In this document: piece by piece, positions 14,458-29,400 of the stretch
How positions within the stretch are numbered: the stretch's first letter is position 1
Layout: the number at the start of each line of letters is the position of its first letter
Assembly: GCA_964035545.1 (NCBI GenBank)
Contig: OZ037769.1
Coordinates: 1,240,001-1,304,000, forward strand
Reading direction: 5' to 3'
Length of the DNA: 64,000 bases
From: Bugula neritina
Taxonomy: Eukaryota > Animalia > Bryozoa
Notes under the pieces: generated by a model
Database searches by the model: none
What the model saw: the letters and a program-made list of their open reading frames with translations, nothing else
Told to the model about the DNA's origin: nothing
Position numbers and translations under genes: made by a program

Positions 14458-17400
14458 ATGATGTTGACTGGAATTTTGTTGTGTCTACTAGTTATACCAG
14501 TTCTAGTAGTCAACTCTTACTCTCCAGGTATGTGTAGTGTAAGTAGCAAGAGTTAATACAGTATACTTTTCTAAAACTAATGCTGAAAACACTTCTCGGG
14601 AAAACAGTAAACAATGTTTATGGTGATTATGTCTGTAGGTTTTTCTTTTTTACCAGAGTTGTAAAAATGTGGCAACTTTACCTAAACATACAGTTTTATT
14701 AGAAAGCAAAGTAGAATATCAAAAGGAATCCCATCAACTAAATCTGGAGATTTCAGAGTTTTATTACATACTAAAATCAGTATATGGGTACAATGACTAT
14801 AATTCCTTAGTTCTTTTATCAGTGTACAGCCTTAATATGAAATAAAAAATACGTAAAATAGAGAATGACTATTGTATGCTACTACATCTGAGCAGAAGCT
14901 GTTGAGTTGGTGCAGTAACTAAGTTATATATACAGAATATAATACAGTCTGACAATTCACAAATTTTTCTACTTATAACGCAAACAGTGAACCTAGCCAA
15001 AGAGAGGGCCACGCAGGCAAGCACCGTCTTTGGTAATCGTTATTCTGCACACAAGGCAGTAGATGGAGACACTGACACATTTTTCTACAGTGCTGAGAAA
15101 CCTGATGATTGGTGGAGAGTGGATCTTGATGATGTAATACTTGTTAGAAGAATAGTCATTGACACTGGTGCTAGTAAGTGTTGATCTCTGAAGGCAAATA
15201 AAACATTTTCCAAGTTAATACAAGTAATACCAGTAACCATCATTGTCAGCTCATATTGCTTTAATTGTTTTATAGGGCCTTCTGCTACCATTATATACAT
15301 TTATATGAAAATGAAATAAGTTGTGTATTTAAATTGAGGTAATGTCTATAAGCTTTTACTGCAAGTGTGAAAACTATACTAACTTGGCTGTTTAATGGTT
15401 AGACACTGAGATAAAGATTGACTATACAAGTGAATTATCATTATATTACATAGTGGTTCACAATGCTATATACTGTATAAAGTACACAGGCTCATAAGTT
15501 GTGTTGAATGCTTAGTTTATGATGACAACATATTGTGAATGAGGCAGTATAATTAAAATTAGTATAGAGCTAATTAGGTTTCTGCAAACACTATAGTGTT
15601 TTGGTAAAAAAATAGAGAAAATAAAATATAAACTCTAGTTAAACATGCATCTTTGTACTTGGATTATTGAACATATAATATGTTCAATAATGCAAGTATA
15701 AAAAGATGCATGTTTAACTACAGTGTGATATGTTGTCTTCAAAATAGTGTGAAATATCATGCCATTGTATACAATGGCATGATATTTCACACTATTTTGA
15801 AGACAACATATCACACTGTACATCATAAAAAGGTAAAAAAACACAATAATCCAATGCATACAATATTTGTACGCAATTGTAAACAATAATTTTGTCTAAC
15901 TTTTCTATTTTTAGCTTCAGGATTCACCAATGTCTTTATTCTATCAACATGTTTGAATAAACCCACCGATGTACCTCACCCAGAGAGTTCAGACTGGAGA
16001 GTTCTACAGTCTGGAGTAACACGCACAAGTCAATCTGCTTCTACCTTGTTCAAATTTGACTTTGGTATAGATGAGAATGTAGAAGCTAGACAGATTGCTC
16101 TCTATAGTGCTACTGGTGGGTTACAGGTCGCTGAAGTACAGGTCTATGATGCAGGTGAGTGAGCAATCTGCTGAATATCAATTTACTGCCCAGAAATTTA
16201 CTACAATTTTTTCTATCGATATGGAGGTGGTTTTTAGTTGAAAAACTAGAACGCTGCTTAAGTATTTGTATAATAACCTTAAATTTTATCAGGTTTCAGT
16301 GTGTGTTAACATATGTAATGTAGAAATTAAATAATATAATTTTCAACTGAAATTTATATATTATTATTGAATGTAATGTAGCTTGTTGAATTGACAACAC
16401 ATATACCATACAAATTATACACCATTTTAATTAATACACTATAATATAATAAATTTACATCCAGTTTATCTACATTTTAGATGTGAATAAAATATAGTAT
16501 TTGATCTAGGGTACCGTTTCTTCCATGCTATAGCCTTAATTCTTAATTATATATGATAGAACCATTATAGTTAAATATCACCTGTTCTTAATAAAAACTC
16601 TAAATCACGTGAAATACATTCATACACACCTATATCAGACTCTCCATCAACTGCATGGTTAGTTTATTAGTCTGCCAGTATAACTCACTTACAGATTACT
16701 CTTACTACTGTATCACTTACCAAAGCATGGTCACCTTATTCTCTAAACATAGGGAGAGGAAAACCCACCAAATCGAACAATTTATACACTAAATTTAATG
16801 AGTGCATAATAAATGAACAAATATTTGTAAAGTGGTATTTTTAGAAATGCTTAAATATAATATTTTTCAGTGAATATAGCTGAAGGAAGATATACACACA
16901 GCAAGACTCAGTATAACATATACAGAGGCAGTGGGAAAGCAGTGGATGTAAACCCTAGGACATCTTATAGAAGTAAAGACAAACCTGATCAGTGGTGGAG
17001 AGTGGAGTTGGATGAGACTGTATATGTTAGAATACTAGCTATCCGTAATAAAGGTTGTGAGTATAATATTTGTGTTAATAATCTACAAAACAGCTTATTT
17101 GCTACTTAATCAAAACTTGTATTAGAGAGTTGAAATCATTGCCCAACTAGTTTAGGGTACATTTTAGCATAAGGTAGAGGCATTTTTTAAAAAAACAAAG
17201 ATTATCAGCAGAAAAGTGATAGAATGACATTTGTCAAACTACTTTAAATATTTAGGATTAGGTTTTACTAAATTTAGTTGAGAAAATTTAGGTTTCCTTC
17301 TTTAAACATAATGTAAATAGCTTTATCTTCTACTATTTTCACTCTAAATACCCATAAGAATCTTGGAAAATAGCATACAACTTTGTTACAAACAATTTAA

Positions 17401-20400
17401 CTATTCAATAAAAATCCCCTTTGTTATATTCAGTTCAATTCAATAATTCAATAAAAATCCCATTTGTTTTACTTAAGCTGAGAGGTTTAAAGACGTATCA
17501 ATCCTCTCATCAACACACTCCGCCATAACAGAAGATCCAACACCTACAAGTTCAGAATGGACTCTGGTCATGTCTGGGATATCACGAGAATCAGATATAA
17601 GCTCTACAGAACTTACATATAATTTTGATATAAGAAATGAGTTACAAACTAGACACATTGCTCTCTACAGCTCTAATAGTATTGGACTGAGCATGCTAGA
17701 GGTTCAGATATTTGTATATGGTAAGTGGTTTGTTAGTATGGTTTAGTTTATAGCAGCTCAGCCAGTTTGTATTGTATTGTTTGTATTATATATAGATATA
17801 TATATATATATATCTATATATATATCTATATATATATACATATATATATTTAATTTTAGACTTGGTGCTTACATGGCAAGACTCCTCAGCTGTTCTGACA
17901 GCAACCAAAAATTCATGTGTGACTCTCACATGGAAGCGGCCAGAGGCAGAATTTGGTGAAATATCTAATTATAGAGTTAGTATTTATTACTTGTACTTAC
18001 TATACTTACTATATAAATTTATTATTTTGAAATAAGTAAAGGTTAGTTAAATTGATCATTGAATAACTGAAAGTTTATTAAAATATCTGAATATATGAGT
18101 ATATGAATAATTTGCTTTACGGCAATTCTCTTATTTCTTATCGAATAATATATGAATAATATAAGACTTTGGCTTTTGAGCTTTGATTGCATGTTCTGCA
18201 ATGTTTTATAAACTCAGTTATAAGCTATGCCCTTAAACATAACTGACCACCAAATTGTAGGTTTTGCTTGGTTTTTGTGTTTATAGTATCACCCCAATCA
18301 TTTCTTGTGTGAATAATTTCAATGTTAAAGTTTATTAAAATATATGAAAATCTATGTTTAGTACAAGTGTACTTCACAAGATGACTGGACTATCACAGAG
18401 AACACTGACTTACAGACACAGATATGTGGATATCCTCTTTCTACAGATGTACAGTGTGAGCTGGAAGCATGGAGCAGTCATAACTACAGTTCAATTACCA
18501 CCTCTGTCGTTCAACCCCGTTGTACAGGTATATAGCCTGACATAGAAGTCATTTAGGCAATCCGTTTTTCTATGTAATATAGGTCTGATTATTAAAATAA
18601 TTTGCTTATATTATCTGACATTATTATTGCAATGACCGTATAGTGAAATTAACTATTCAAACTTTCCAAAATTTTCGTCATACTAAAAGAATGTTTTATA
18701 TAAATAATGTCAACATAACTACTTATTTCAGTTCCTATTAGAATATACCTGAGTTTGTTACAAACATGCTTCAAATAATTTAATTAGAAGCCATAATTTA
18801 TTTCAGCTCCTTCAAAGCCAACAGCAGTTAAATTAACAAGTGCCACACCAAATAGAATGGTGAGAGATGGTAAAGTTCAACTAATGTATTCTGTACAGTG
18901 GACTGTAAGTATTATTGGATAAAGTGTAATGTTAAGATTTTCGTTTGATAGTCACAAAATGACGATTTGGATACTGCCCATTCCAAAACACTTCATTTAT
19001 TATAAGAAAATGTTTTCAACATGCTCAAATTTTGTATACATACTATAGCAAACTTACATAAATATACTTGTAAAAGTAAAATAAATTATTATAGTTCAAT
19101 AATGACTTAACATATAGCTATTTTTGTCAAAACCAGTTAGAACAAATTTAGAAAACATTATAGAACAGTGTAGGAACTCTTCCATTTAGCACATATTTTT
19201 ATTTCCCTCTTTGGTCTTTTTAATGAGGTAATGATTCACAATTGTATATTTCCATTTCTTGTTTTAGGCACCCCAAAGTTCAAACTGTCAAAGTATAACA
19301 GGATATGATGTAAGATATCCAACAACTGAATCTACACCTACAAAAGTCAGTAGTACCAGTACTAGCATACTGACAGATGGTGATGTGGAGATAAATTTCT
19401 CCGTTAGAGCTAAGAATAATGATGACCTTTACTCAGACTATGAGACAATTGTGTTTACATCTGATAAATTAGGTGAAATTTACCTGCAAATTGTTTTTTT
19501 AGTGTCATGGAGTTATTTATGCATAACAAATAATTTGCCCATGTTAGTTTGTTGTGAATGGAAAACAAAACTCTTTCAAAACCTTCTCATTTGAAAGGTC
19601 CAATTTGGAATGGTACTCTCCAGCTTCTTATCCACCCTTCTAGTAGTGAGTGTGTTTCTCTATCATGGACTCTACCAGATTATTCTAATGGTGATATACA
19701 AAAGTATGAGGTGAGATATTCTCATTTTATATAGAGTTTGTGTTAAACATTTTTTTTTGTAGGCTAATTCTGTGTTATTCAGCTGACTAATAAAAGAGTT
19801 TTCAGTTCTCATTGAAATGTTTCTAGATCAAGTGTACAGGTCAAACAGACTGGACAGAAGTTGAGTCATCTAAACTAGACACACTTGTCTGTGGACATTC
19901 TCCAGACACAGAAGTAGAGTGTACAGTGAGAGCATGGAATGAACAGACATTCAGTGATATCATTACATCGGATAAAGTCAAGACCTACTGCTCAGGTACA
20001 GTTCTTATAGGACATTGAAAAATATTATGTATATTAAAATCTTGTGTTGCATTTCTCACTAAATTTGGCTGAAAACAATTTTTTATCTAATTTCATCATA
20101 AGTATAAGACATTTTTACTGAAAAAATGTAGCAATTTCAGAACATACACTTATATAGCTTCTGAAGCTTATTTAGGCAACGTGTAGACTATTTTTAATGC
20201 TTATTAGCTTGTTAGGATCCTTGCTAAGAAGCCTAATTTTTGTCTCTAAAGAATTCACATTTATCTTTAGCTCTTCTATAAGCCAAGCACTTACTATTAG
20301 TAATAATTAAATAATAATTGATAATAAATAAAACGAATCTAGCTAGTACGTCTCTCTACCAACTATATTAACTCGTTTTTAACATAATTAATGTTATCAA

Positions 20401-23400
20401 TAATTAAAGGTAACTTCAACCAATATGAGTGATTCTGAAACCATCAGTGTATTTTTGAAAATAAAATAGTTTTAATAATAGATTTTAATGGAGCAAGCAT
20501 TTTATCAGATGTAAGTCTAATTTTTTTTACAGGTTCTACATCTCCAAGAAATATTCAGTTTAAAGATGAAGGTGTAAAATTAGAGAGTGACAGAAGAAGA
20601 AGAGAATACCTCATTACTTGGCAGGTCTGTGTACTATCCAGCTTATCAAATAGCAATGAAATAACTGATATAAGTATTCTTTCAAGTAAAGTAACTTAAT
20701 TAGTTTACAATAAAATGTGTTCTATTACTGATGATAGAGAAATATTTGCGCAAAGCTTTTTTTCCATTGTACCTTATAGCTGCTGCAGTTTTAACCAATG
20801 AAAACCCATTCTCATTCTACTGTTTCAATCTTATTCTAATAAGATTCCATATTTGTTTTTTTTTGTACTTTTTTGCATAACAGGCCCCATCTACAACAAA
20901 CTGTGACAGTATAGCAGAGTATGAGATAAGATTTCCAACACCCTCTTCTGATATAATAACAAATTCTACAAATATGACAGTGTTTACCGAAAGTGATGTG
21001 GTGGTCACTTTCTGGGTTAGAGCTGTGAATAATGCTGGAAATATATCTGAACCTCGCATTAGAAATCTTACTACTGCTTTTTTCAGTAAGTCATTCTATC
21101 AAATCTATGCAAAATGCACATCACTCTGAATAAGCCTTCAGTCACTATTTTATGCAACCAAGGCTGAAAAACAAACCAAGATTTAAATTATATGTTGCCA
21201 TGTTCAAGCGTTTTTAACATCAACACATAAAGTTTTTAGTATTTTAAATTTGTAATTCATTTAATGTAATTGGCAGTTGTTAAAATTTCCAAATTTTCAT
21301 GTTTTGCTTTTTTCTCTGTTACTGCTAAAAAGTTTTTTGGCAGCTTATATCGCAATTGCTGTAAAAAAAATCTAATTTAATTTTACTGATGAAATTTGCA
21401 AGGTAAACAATAATGTCACTGCAAGACTATCAAAAAACTGGTTTTAAAATTTTTCACAACTGCTTTATAACGTATAAAATACATATGTAATACATGCCCG
21501 TGTGTGAGTGATGGTACGGTTGTGTGTGTATGTGTAGGTGCGTATGCCTATGTGTGTAATTCCATTATAATAAGAGTTTATATAATAATCAATACAAATG
21601 CATTCTCTATTATTATAGCTCAAGATGAGCAGAGAGATGCAATCAGAGAGCTTCATTTAGACTCAATGAGCTCTTACTGCGAGTTTAACCCCGCCGATGA
21701 TCTCTCTCGTATCAAACTTCTATCTGAAGCAGAAGATTTAGTAGAGAAGTCAGTTGGCTGGACAATACAGGTAGATTGTATTGATGGATTACTGAGGAAG
21801 TTTTCATCAGAAGATGGTTTTACTGCTACATGTAATCCTACGATTGTTACCAATGATGATGGGTACGAAATACTAAAGTTTTATTGGGATCTCTCTCCTT
21901 TGCACGAGAATTGTGGTAATGGTAAGTGGTATTGAGATCTAGTTAGCACTATATTGTTTGTCTCCTTATAATTGTTGACTTTGGTAAAATGTCATTGTGT
22001 GGGAATTAATAAGGCTAAATTTACTAAACATATGCTTTCTGTTTCTTGGATAATTCCTCTTCTTAGACTTCAATTCAATAACATCTAAGTTTGGCGGTTT
22101 TACATTGCATGAAAATGTAATAAATAATTGCTTGGACTCTTGTTTTGTGTAGTTTTATTGCTCAAATATATCATTGGCAAGAGTGGTAGTTTTACAGAAC
22201 CGAGCATTAGAAATTGCACTCAATCCTTATTAAATTAGATGTAATAATATGAATAAATGAAGCACTCAAAGAGTTTTTGAAAATCTCTTTTATCTTGTGT
22301 TGATTGTGAAAGTTGTATGTTGATGTAGAGCCAGTTTGCACTCTAGTCAGTACTACCTACGACTACCCAGTCTTGGTAAATACATCTAATGAAGCGGAAC
22401 TCGAGGACGAGATTCATATGGAGCAAAGTGACGGACGAGTCCAACTCACTCGGCTACGCTTCTACCCAGTAGGCACCGTGCAAGCGTACAATGTTACAGA
22501 TGATGCTTGTGGTAATGATTCACTCACTCTTTCTGCAAACTCAACAACATGGTCGGTATGCGAGGCACCAGACAACCTTGAACTTCTCCTAGATAGTGAT
22601 AGACCCGATGAGATGAGAAGATTCTTTTGGTTCTTCAACTATGGCCTTTGGTCCCAGCCACCTCCAGAATGCGGTAGAGTTTTCTGATACTGAGTAGTGA
22701 GAAGCACCAGAAATTAGTGATGAGATGAATATAAATGTTGCGATTATTATTTGAACTTCTGTTATTCAGCTCAAGAGCTCAAACCTCTAGTCTACTCAGA
22801 CATAATGTTTAAAGTATTTTGCAAAAGCATGCAATTTAAGAAGATGTGAATAGCTGAAAAAAGAAGTCCAATTAATCTTTTCATTATGAATTAAAATTAC
22901 TTTCATACAGTGTATATGGTATATTTTTGGTTCACGTCCTATTTTCCTGATATATGTAATAGTGGAAACTTTTTTAAAACTTTTAAAGATGCAAAGGTAA
23001 AAAGTGGAAGATGACATTGGTAGTTTACCTTGGCGTTAAACAATGTTTCTCAAATGCCTATCAAGAGTTCTTCTACCTCTAAGGAGAACTTTATGTCCTG
23101 GCAACGATTTACAGATAATCTCATTTATATTTTATATCATCCTTCAGCTTTGGTGCTGTTTTTAAAAACCTTAACCCATTAGTGCTAAGAACTTTGGTAG
23201 CAAAGTTAAGAAAACTAAGTTGTCGTACCGCTAGCATACTATACTGTAGCCTTATGATTGTAACTTGTCTGTTCACTTTGATATCTAGTGGTAAAGAGAT
23301 GCTCAACTCCTAACAGAGCATTACTCGGTTTCTCTGACAATGATGTCTTCAGTAGTGAGCAAGACTTCTACCAGTTGGGTGAGACTGTAAATGTGTCGTG

Positions 23401-26400
23401 TGCAGATGGTGAGAGTCAAACTAACCAGAAAGTAGACAGCGAGGCGATTACCTGCCAGTAAGTAACCTGCTGCCGTTTCATTCTAATACTTTATTGGTTT
23501 ACAACTTTCAACGCTGAGTTATTTTTTCAAAAAGAATTGATATATAATAGTATTAGACTGTAACAAAAAAAGGTTTATATTATTATATAAAACATACCTA
23601 GTCAATAACAGCAGTAGTACCAATAACAATAGTCAATACCAACAGCAGCAGCAGCAACAGTAGTAGTAGCAGTATTAGCAGCAGCAGTAGCCACATAGAC
23701 CACCATTGTCTTTTTCCAATAACCTTTGTGTAGCCAAATTAAACTTCACCTCTTTTTTTAATTATTCCATTATTATTCTGCAATTGTGACATTTTAGCAA
23801 CTTTTCTCATGCTTGTATTATGATCAAATTTTGCCACAGATAAGCTTCAAAACTAAAAACTCACAACAGATGCTACAAGTCTGCAGGTCTGAAAGGCCTA
23901 ACTGATGCAAATTTATTCTGTACATAGTAGCATAAAGATGCATCTTTAATTTCATCAGTTTGATGTCTGATCTTTCTTTGTTTAAGGCTGGATGTTGATA
24001 AAAATGCTGTATTCCATAGAGACTCTGATTCTGCTCTGAGGCTACATTTTTGTAGTGAGTGAATTTATTTAATTTAATTATTTTCTAACGTATACTGTTT
24101 ATGTAACAGTTTCTCTTTACCAATTTTGAACTACATAATAAAGCTAACTTTACAATCTGCATTCACTGCAATTTTAAATGTCGCAGTAAACACATTTACA
24201 AAGAAGTAGCACCAATTTGTATGTTTTTACCTTGCTTTGGGTACACAAGATTAGCCAATCATGTTGGTGTTTTGCAAACTTTCAATTACTTTTGCTGTCT
24301 ATTATTTTTCAAAGTTTCTCATAACAATAAATGATAATCTGCGTAAATATATAATGTTATCTGACAATTGTGAACCTACTAATGAGTACTCAACACTCTT
24401 ATCTGACAGGCGTTAAGACGTGTACCTTACCATCTCTGAGTACTCTCGGTTTTGGAGACTACGCTGAGCTGGTTGAGTTTGATGAACCGTATAGCCTGTG
24501 GGAAACTGTAGTTGTAAGATGTCAGGATAGGAGCGCGCAGAGCCACCCTGATGTTGATACTGAAACTTTGACATGCGTGTAAGTTATAAACGAGCTAACT
24601 CAAGGTAAATATATATAAACATCCCTTTCTGTTTTGCTACTATTCGGTTTCACAGTTATAGGTAGAAATATAGAAAAAAAATGCATAAAAATTATATAGT
24701 ATAATCACTATCTGGTTACCCCAAACTTATTGTAATGCTCAAGTACAGTAGAACACATTTAGTTGCAAAATTTGCATAGTTCTGCAATTGTCTTTATGAA
24801 ATGATAGATTGCGTAATTTAGCAATTTTGCTTTAGAGAAACCATCACAAGCATAAAATGTAAAACATTCAACATAAATATCCCATGCCCTGTGAAGTGTG
24901 AATATAGTACGGTTTTAGTCCGTTTGCAATGTCAATCTGTTTGAGTTATAAAAATGATTGTTGTAACAGTGACTTAGGAGAAGAGAATTATGGATTTCAA
25001 AGAGAAGTTAATTCTTCCTTGCAAATGGAAGAATGTCAACGTAAGTTGTATGAGTTAACTTACTTCAAATTATATTCTGGTAATTTACTTTCTATATAGT
25101 ATAAAAAAAATTATGTAATAAGGTGAAGAATACTTTTAACCATTACTATTGATCCACTTATAAAAAAAGAATTTAAGTTTTTCACATTTCTTGCATTACT
25201 TCAATGTGAAAAAAATTGGTTAGACAAGATATTTATGTCTATGGAGCAAACAAACTAAAAAGCATATTGAACAGCTTATTGTTGTAAACTGGGAGCCTTA
25301 TGTTAAAGTTGGTAAAAACGTATTGAAAGGCTAATAAAGTATTTCTACCATTATTTTGCTCATTTTCAAAGTAATGCAGTTAGCTTATTTCAAAGTCAAT
25401 CACAAAGTCATTAGACCTGTCAACAAGTGTTGATTGTGTGTCATGAGACGTGTCAACAGGTGCTCCTTGCCATCAACAAAAAATATTCTAAAAAATTGTT
25501 GTTTTTCCTAATATTTAGCTTGTTTTTTAGCTATAAAATGTCCCATACCTGAAAACATTGCCATTAATGTGAGTGAAGCAGCCCTTCTAGGCACTAAGGC
25601 TATAGTTAGTTGCCCTGACATAGACATGGAGTACGTGAGTGAATGTGTGAAGTCATCAGATGACTCCGTGGAAGGAGTTTGGATCCCCACCCCCACCTGC
25701 CGTAAGTTCCTCTTGATTTAGCTTTTTTTGACTCAGCTTTCTATTTGTTTTCCAATCAAAAGAAAAAGTTTCTCCAGTAAATTTTCTTTATAATATAATA
25801 AAATAGTCATGTGTTTCATTCAATAGACAAATTACAATAATGTGATATCTACCACTTTGCAGAAGGTTTTTATGTTCAAGAGTATGCACACTTTGTCTAC
25901 TCAACAATATATGCTCATCAACTGTACTTGCAGGCTCCAAGACATGTTGGCATTTTATGGCTGACTCAACTCTTTACGAGTATGAATTACAATATGGCCG
26001 CCATATAATTGGTGAGCCAAGACCGGTGCCACATAATGACACACTTACCTTTGTATGTCCGCCAGGAACTGTGGGATACATGCGAAATGAGCTCTCATAT
26101 CGATGTACTGTGTAAGTATGTTTCCTTAGTGTAGGTGAAGCTGCAGTTATCTCCCTCTGTCATTTAGTAACTATTCTTTTGTATCACAAGATAGAATCCA
26201 TAGATTGTAATATATATTTTATAGTATGTATTATAAACCCAACATATATTGCATACTACAACTTATAGTATATGTGATGGTGTGCAGTGTGAACCCTACA
26301 TTAGTTTAATGTTATCATTTCAATTACAGGGGACCTGGTGGGTTAGGTCACTTTGAAGCTCTGGAGCCTGACGTTAAACCCGACTGTCGAGGTATGGAAT

Positions 26401-29400
26401 TATTATAATTTGAGTTTCTCTGTAGGCTATAATGTTGCAGTACTTTACGCTAACACAGAACTAGGCTTGGACGTTGGGAACGCAGTAAAGTCAGCAAATG
26501 ATCATTGTACGTTGAATTTGGTAATCAGACCGGAGCAAATAACTCTCTCATCTTCATTAGACTGTTCCAGTCTTTACTACATCTGCTATGTTATATGCTC
26601 CATCTATCACGTCTGCATTGTATGCTCCATCTATTACGCCTGAACTGTATACTATAGATATAAGATGCCCAAGAAATGACACCAGAACCGGGTCAGTTAT
26701 GGACATCACCTACCCGTACTACGAGAGACGCTGTGCTGAAGATGGTGACTGTAAGCTAGGCATGATCACTTCTCTCAACTGTTCTCAGAGTGAAACTGGA
26801 TTCAAGCCTCTCTCTCAGTGTGTTGCACCTGAAAACGCCACGACCTTAGCAACTGATGCGGATGAGTTAGAGTTGGCTGTTTTGTCTGGCATTTGGTATC
26901 CAACTCCAGCGTGTGGTGAGAGTTTTTATTCTCTATTAATTTTATTATTTTGTATTTTATTTAGCAAAAAATATTTTGCTTATTTACCAGGTGTATGAGC
27001 TGTTAATATCCATCTCATAAAATACTTTTATTGTTTTTGTGATTTGAACATTTCAGAAGCATGTGATCTTTTGGCTAACGTAACTACGTATAGCCAGTGC
27101 AGTAGTGGTAAAAGCATTCCAATTATACATTAACCTTCTGTAATGATTGCAGACAGAGGTTGCTCACCACCAGTCAACGTGTCTGGTGGAATGGATTGTA
27201 AACTGGGCAGAAAGTTTGACCGAGGAGAATGGAATTTCCTCGATGACCTTGTCGTGACATGTGTTTGTAAACCAGGATATGTAAGAGGTGAGGAGAGTAA
27301 ACATTCTTGGAATCTAGAGTAACCATAGCAACGTCAGCAACTTTTGTATAGCGCTTTGTAGTTTTAGTAATGCTCGTAGTCATAGTAACATCAGCATAGC
27401 TATAGTAAAGCTTATAAACGTAACAACGCTGGCTACCATAGCTAATTTAGGCATCCCTGCTAAAACAAAACTTTTATTTTTCTTGGAACATGTCTAGTAA
27501 GTTTGAAATGAATAGTTTAGCAATAAAATTACTGTCTGGATTTTTTGAAGTTTTGATAATAAACTTTTTTCTTGGTTTAGAATTGCAATTTATTATCACA
27601 ATTGGGGTAAGCAATTCATATTGACATTCATATATAGGAATTTATATTAGCATTAGTTTTGTTAGCTTTAATTCATGTACATCTGTTTATCAGATGATGG
27701 GAGCTTGCCTGAAGCCACCTGTAATGGACCAAACAACACATGGACCCCTACTAAGCCCTGTCATGGTAAGGCTTGCTAAATCTATGTATAAATAACTAAA
27801 TACAGTCTAAGTTTTTGAAGCTCTCGGCATAAATTTAGTGAATATACTCCACAAAAATATTTATATAACACTGATAAGCTCAGGTGTGCTATTACCACCC
27901 CTGAAACAATTATTATTTTTTTAAGTTATATACCATAATATTGCAATTTAATTTAAATAAAAATGTTCTTATAATGCAAATTTATTACTCTGCCATTCAT
28001 TGCAACTATTTGTTGACCAGTGTCTAGAAAATGTTTGCTGTAGTTTTTGCATTCAGCTACTTGTATCATTTATACCCCAATGACTTTTTAACTTTAGTTG
28101 ACTGTGGTCCAACACCGACACTCCCCCACGCCATTCAGGAAATAACATATTATACAGATTACGCTCTTATGCATATTTCCTGTGAAGAAGGATATCAGCT
28201 ATTTCCTGTTCGAGATGAACTTTCCCCGCCTGCTATTTCTCAATGTCACCATGGAAGTAAACGCTGGCTTAACCTGCATCTATATGGATGCAAAGGTGAA
28301 GTAATTTCACATTGATTGTATTCAAAATGTACACTAGAGTCTTCATCAGTTGATATATATAGTTGTATCATTGCAAGAATATTGACTTTACCCAATATCA
28401 CTGATTGCTATTACAGCTATTGATGGATGTAAAGCCACTGAGATCACATCTAAGTACACTGATATTCATCTGCTCCCTGAAAAAGACATGTTCAATGATG
28501 TTGAAGTTGCCATAGCTACGTGTACTAGGGGGTATTTGGAAAGCAAAGCATGTAAGTATGTCATAGCCTTGTCTTCACTACAACCTCTGCAATTTGACAA
28601 GTATTCTGTGTAATAACAACATAAGTGATTATATAAATACTTACACATATTACTTACATTATATAATATCCTATGACTGTCTTTTATGTTATCCTACCTA
28701 AACAGCTAGTGTAATTTTTTCATGTTCTAATGATAAAAAAATATTAGCTTTGAATTGCTCAAATTGGTGATGTTTTTTGCTTGAATATTCTTCTAAGTTT
28801 TAAAATGCTTTCATCTTTATTGATCTGGATATTTGCTATTTGGGGAGTTGTAAAGGCACACCCACTTTTGACAATTGGCTGTAGGTTTCAGAATTTGCTA
28901 TGATATGGTCATTTCCTTGTCCTTCACCTCAACACTATAAGTCTATAACATATCATGTAGACACTGCCATGTATGTTATCTTGCAGTGTATGAAGTTCTA
29001 AGATGTAAAACTGTTTGGGAAGAAGTACCTAATAACAAAACATGGCAGCCCATAGCCACTACCCTCGGAGAGCCAGAAGATCTTAGTGCATGGCCTTTCT
29101 TTCCCAATGTCACTATGAAGTTTGTCAGATTCGAATGGGATTTGTCTTACCTCAAAGGAAATCTCTCTTGCATCAGTAAGTAATGATTATGAATTTTATA
29201 TGCTATAACTATATGTATACAGGATGTAGCAGAAACATAAGGTGAGGGCCCATTAGATGAGTTGCCCAATTTGGTATTGCTAAAAAATTTGCACAGTTCA
29301 AAAATGTACTGTTGTGCGCAGATGTTTGGTAGACGTCATGCAAGCAAAATGCATGTTTGATTTTGCTACCTAAATAGCTGTTCACTTTTAAAGTATTGGG

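Noticed and set aside
15636-15820. RAG-type recombination signal sequences / somatic V(D)J-like rearrangement
   Set aside because: Only isolated heptamer-like words (cacactg, cacagtg); I found no spaced nonamers, and G2-G5 each have their own leader exon and upstream region
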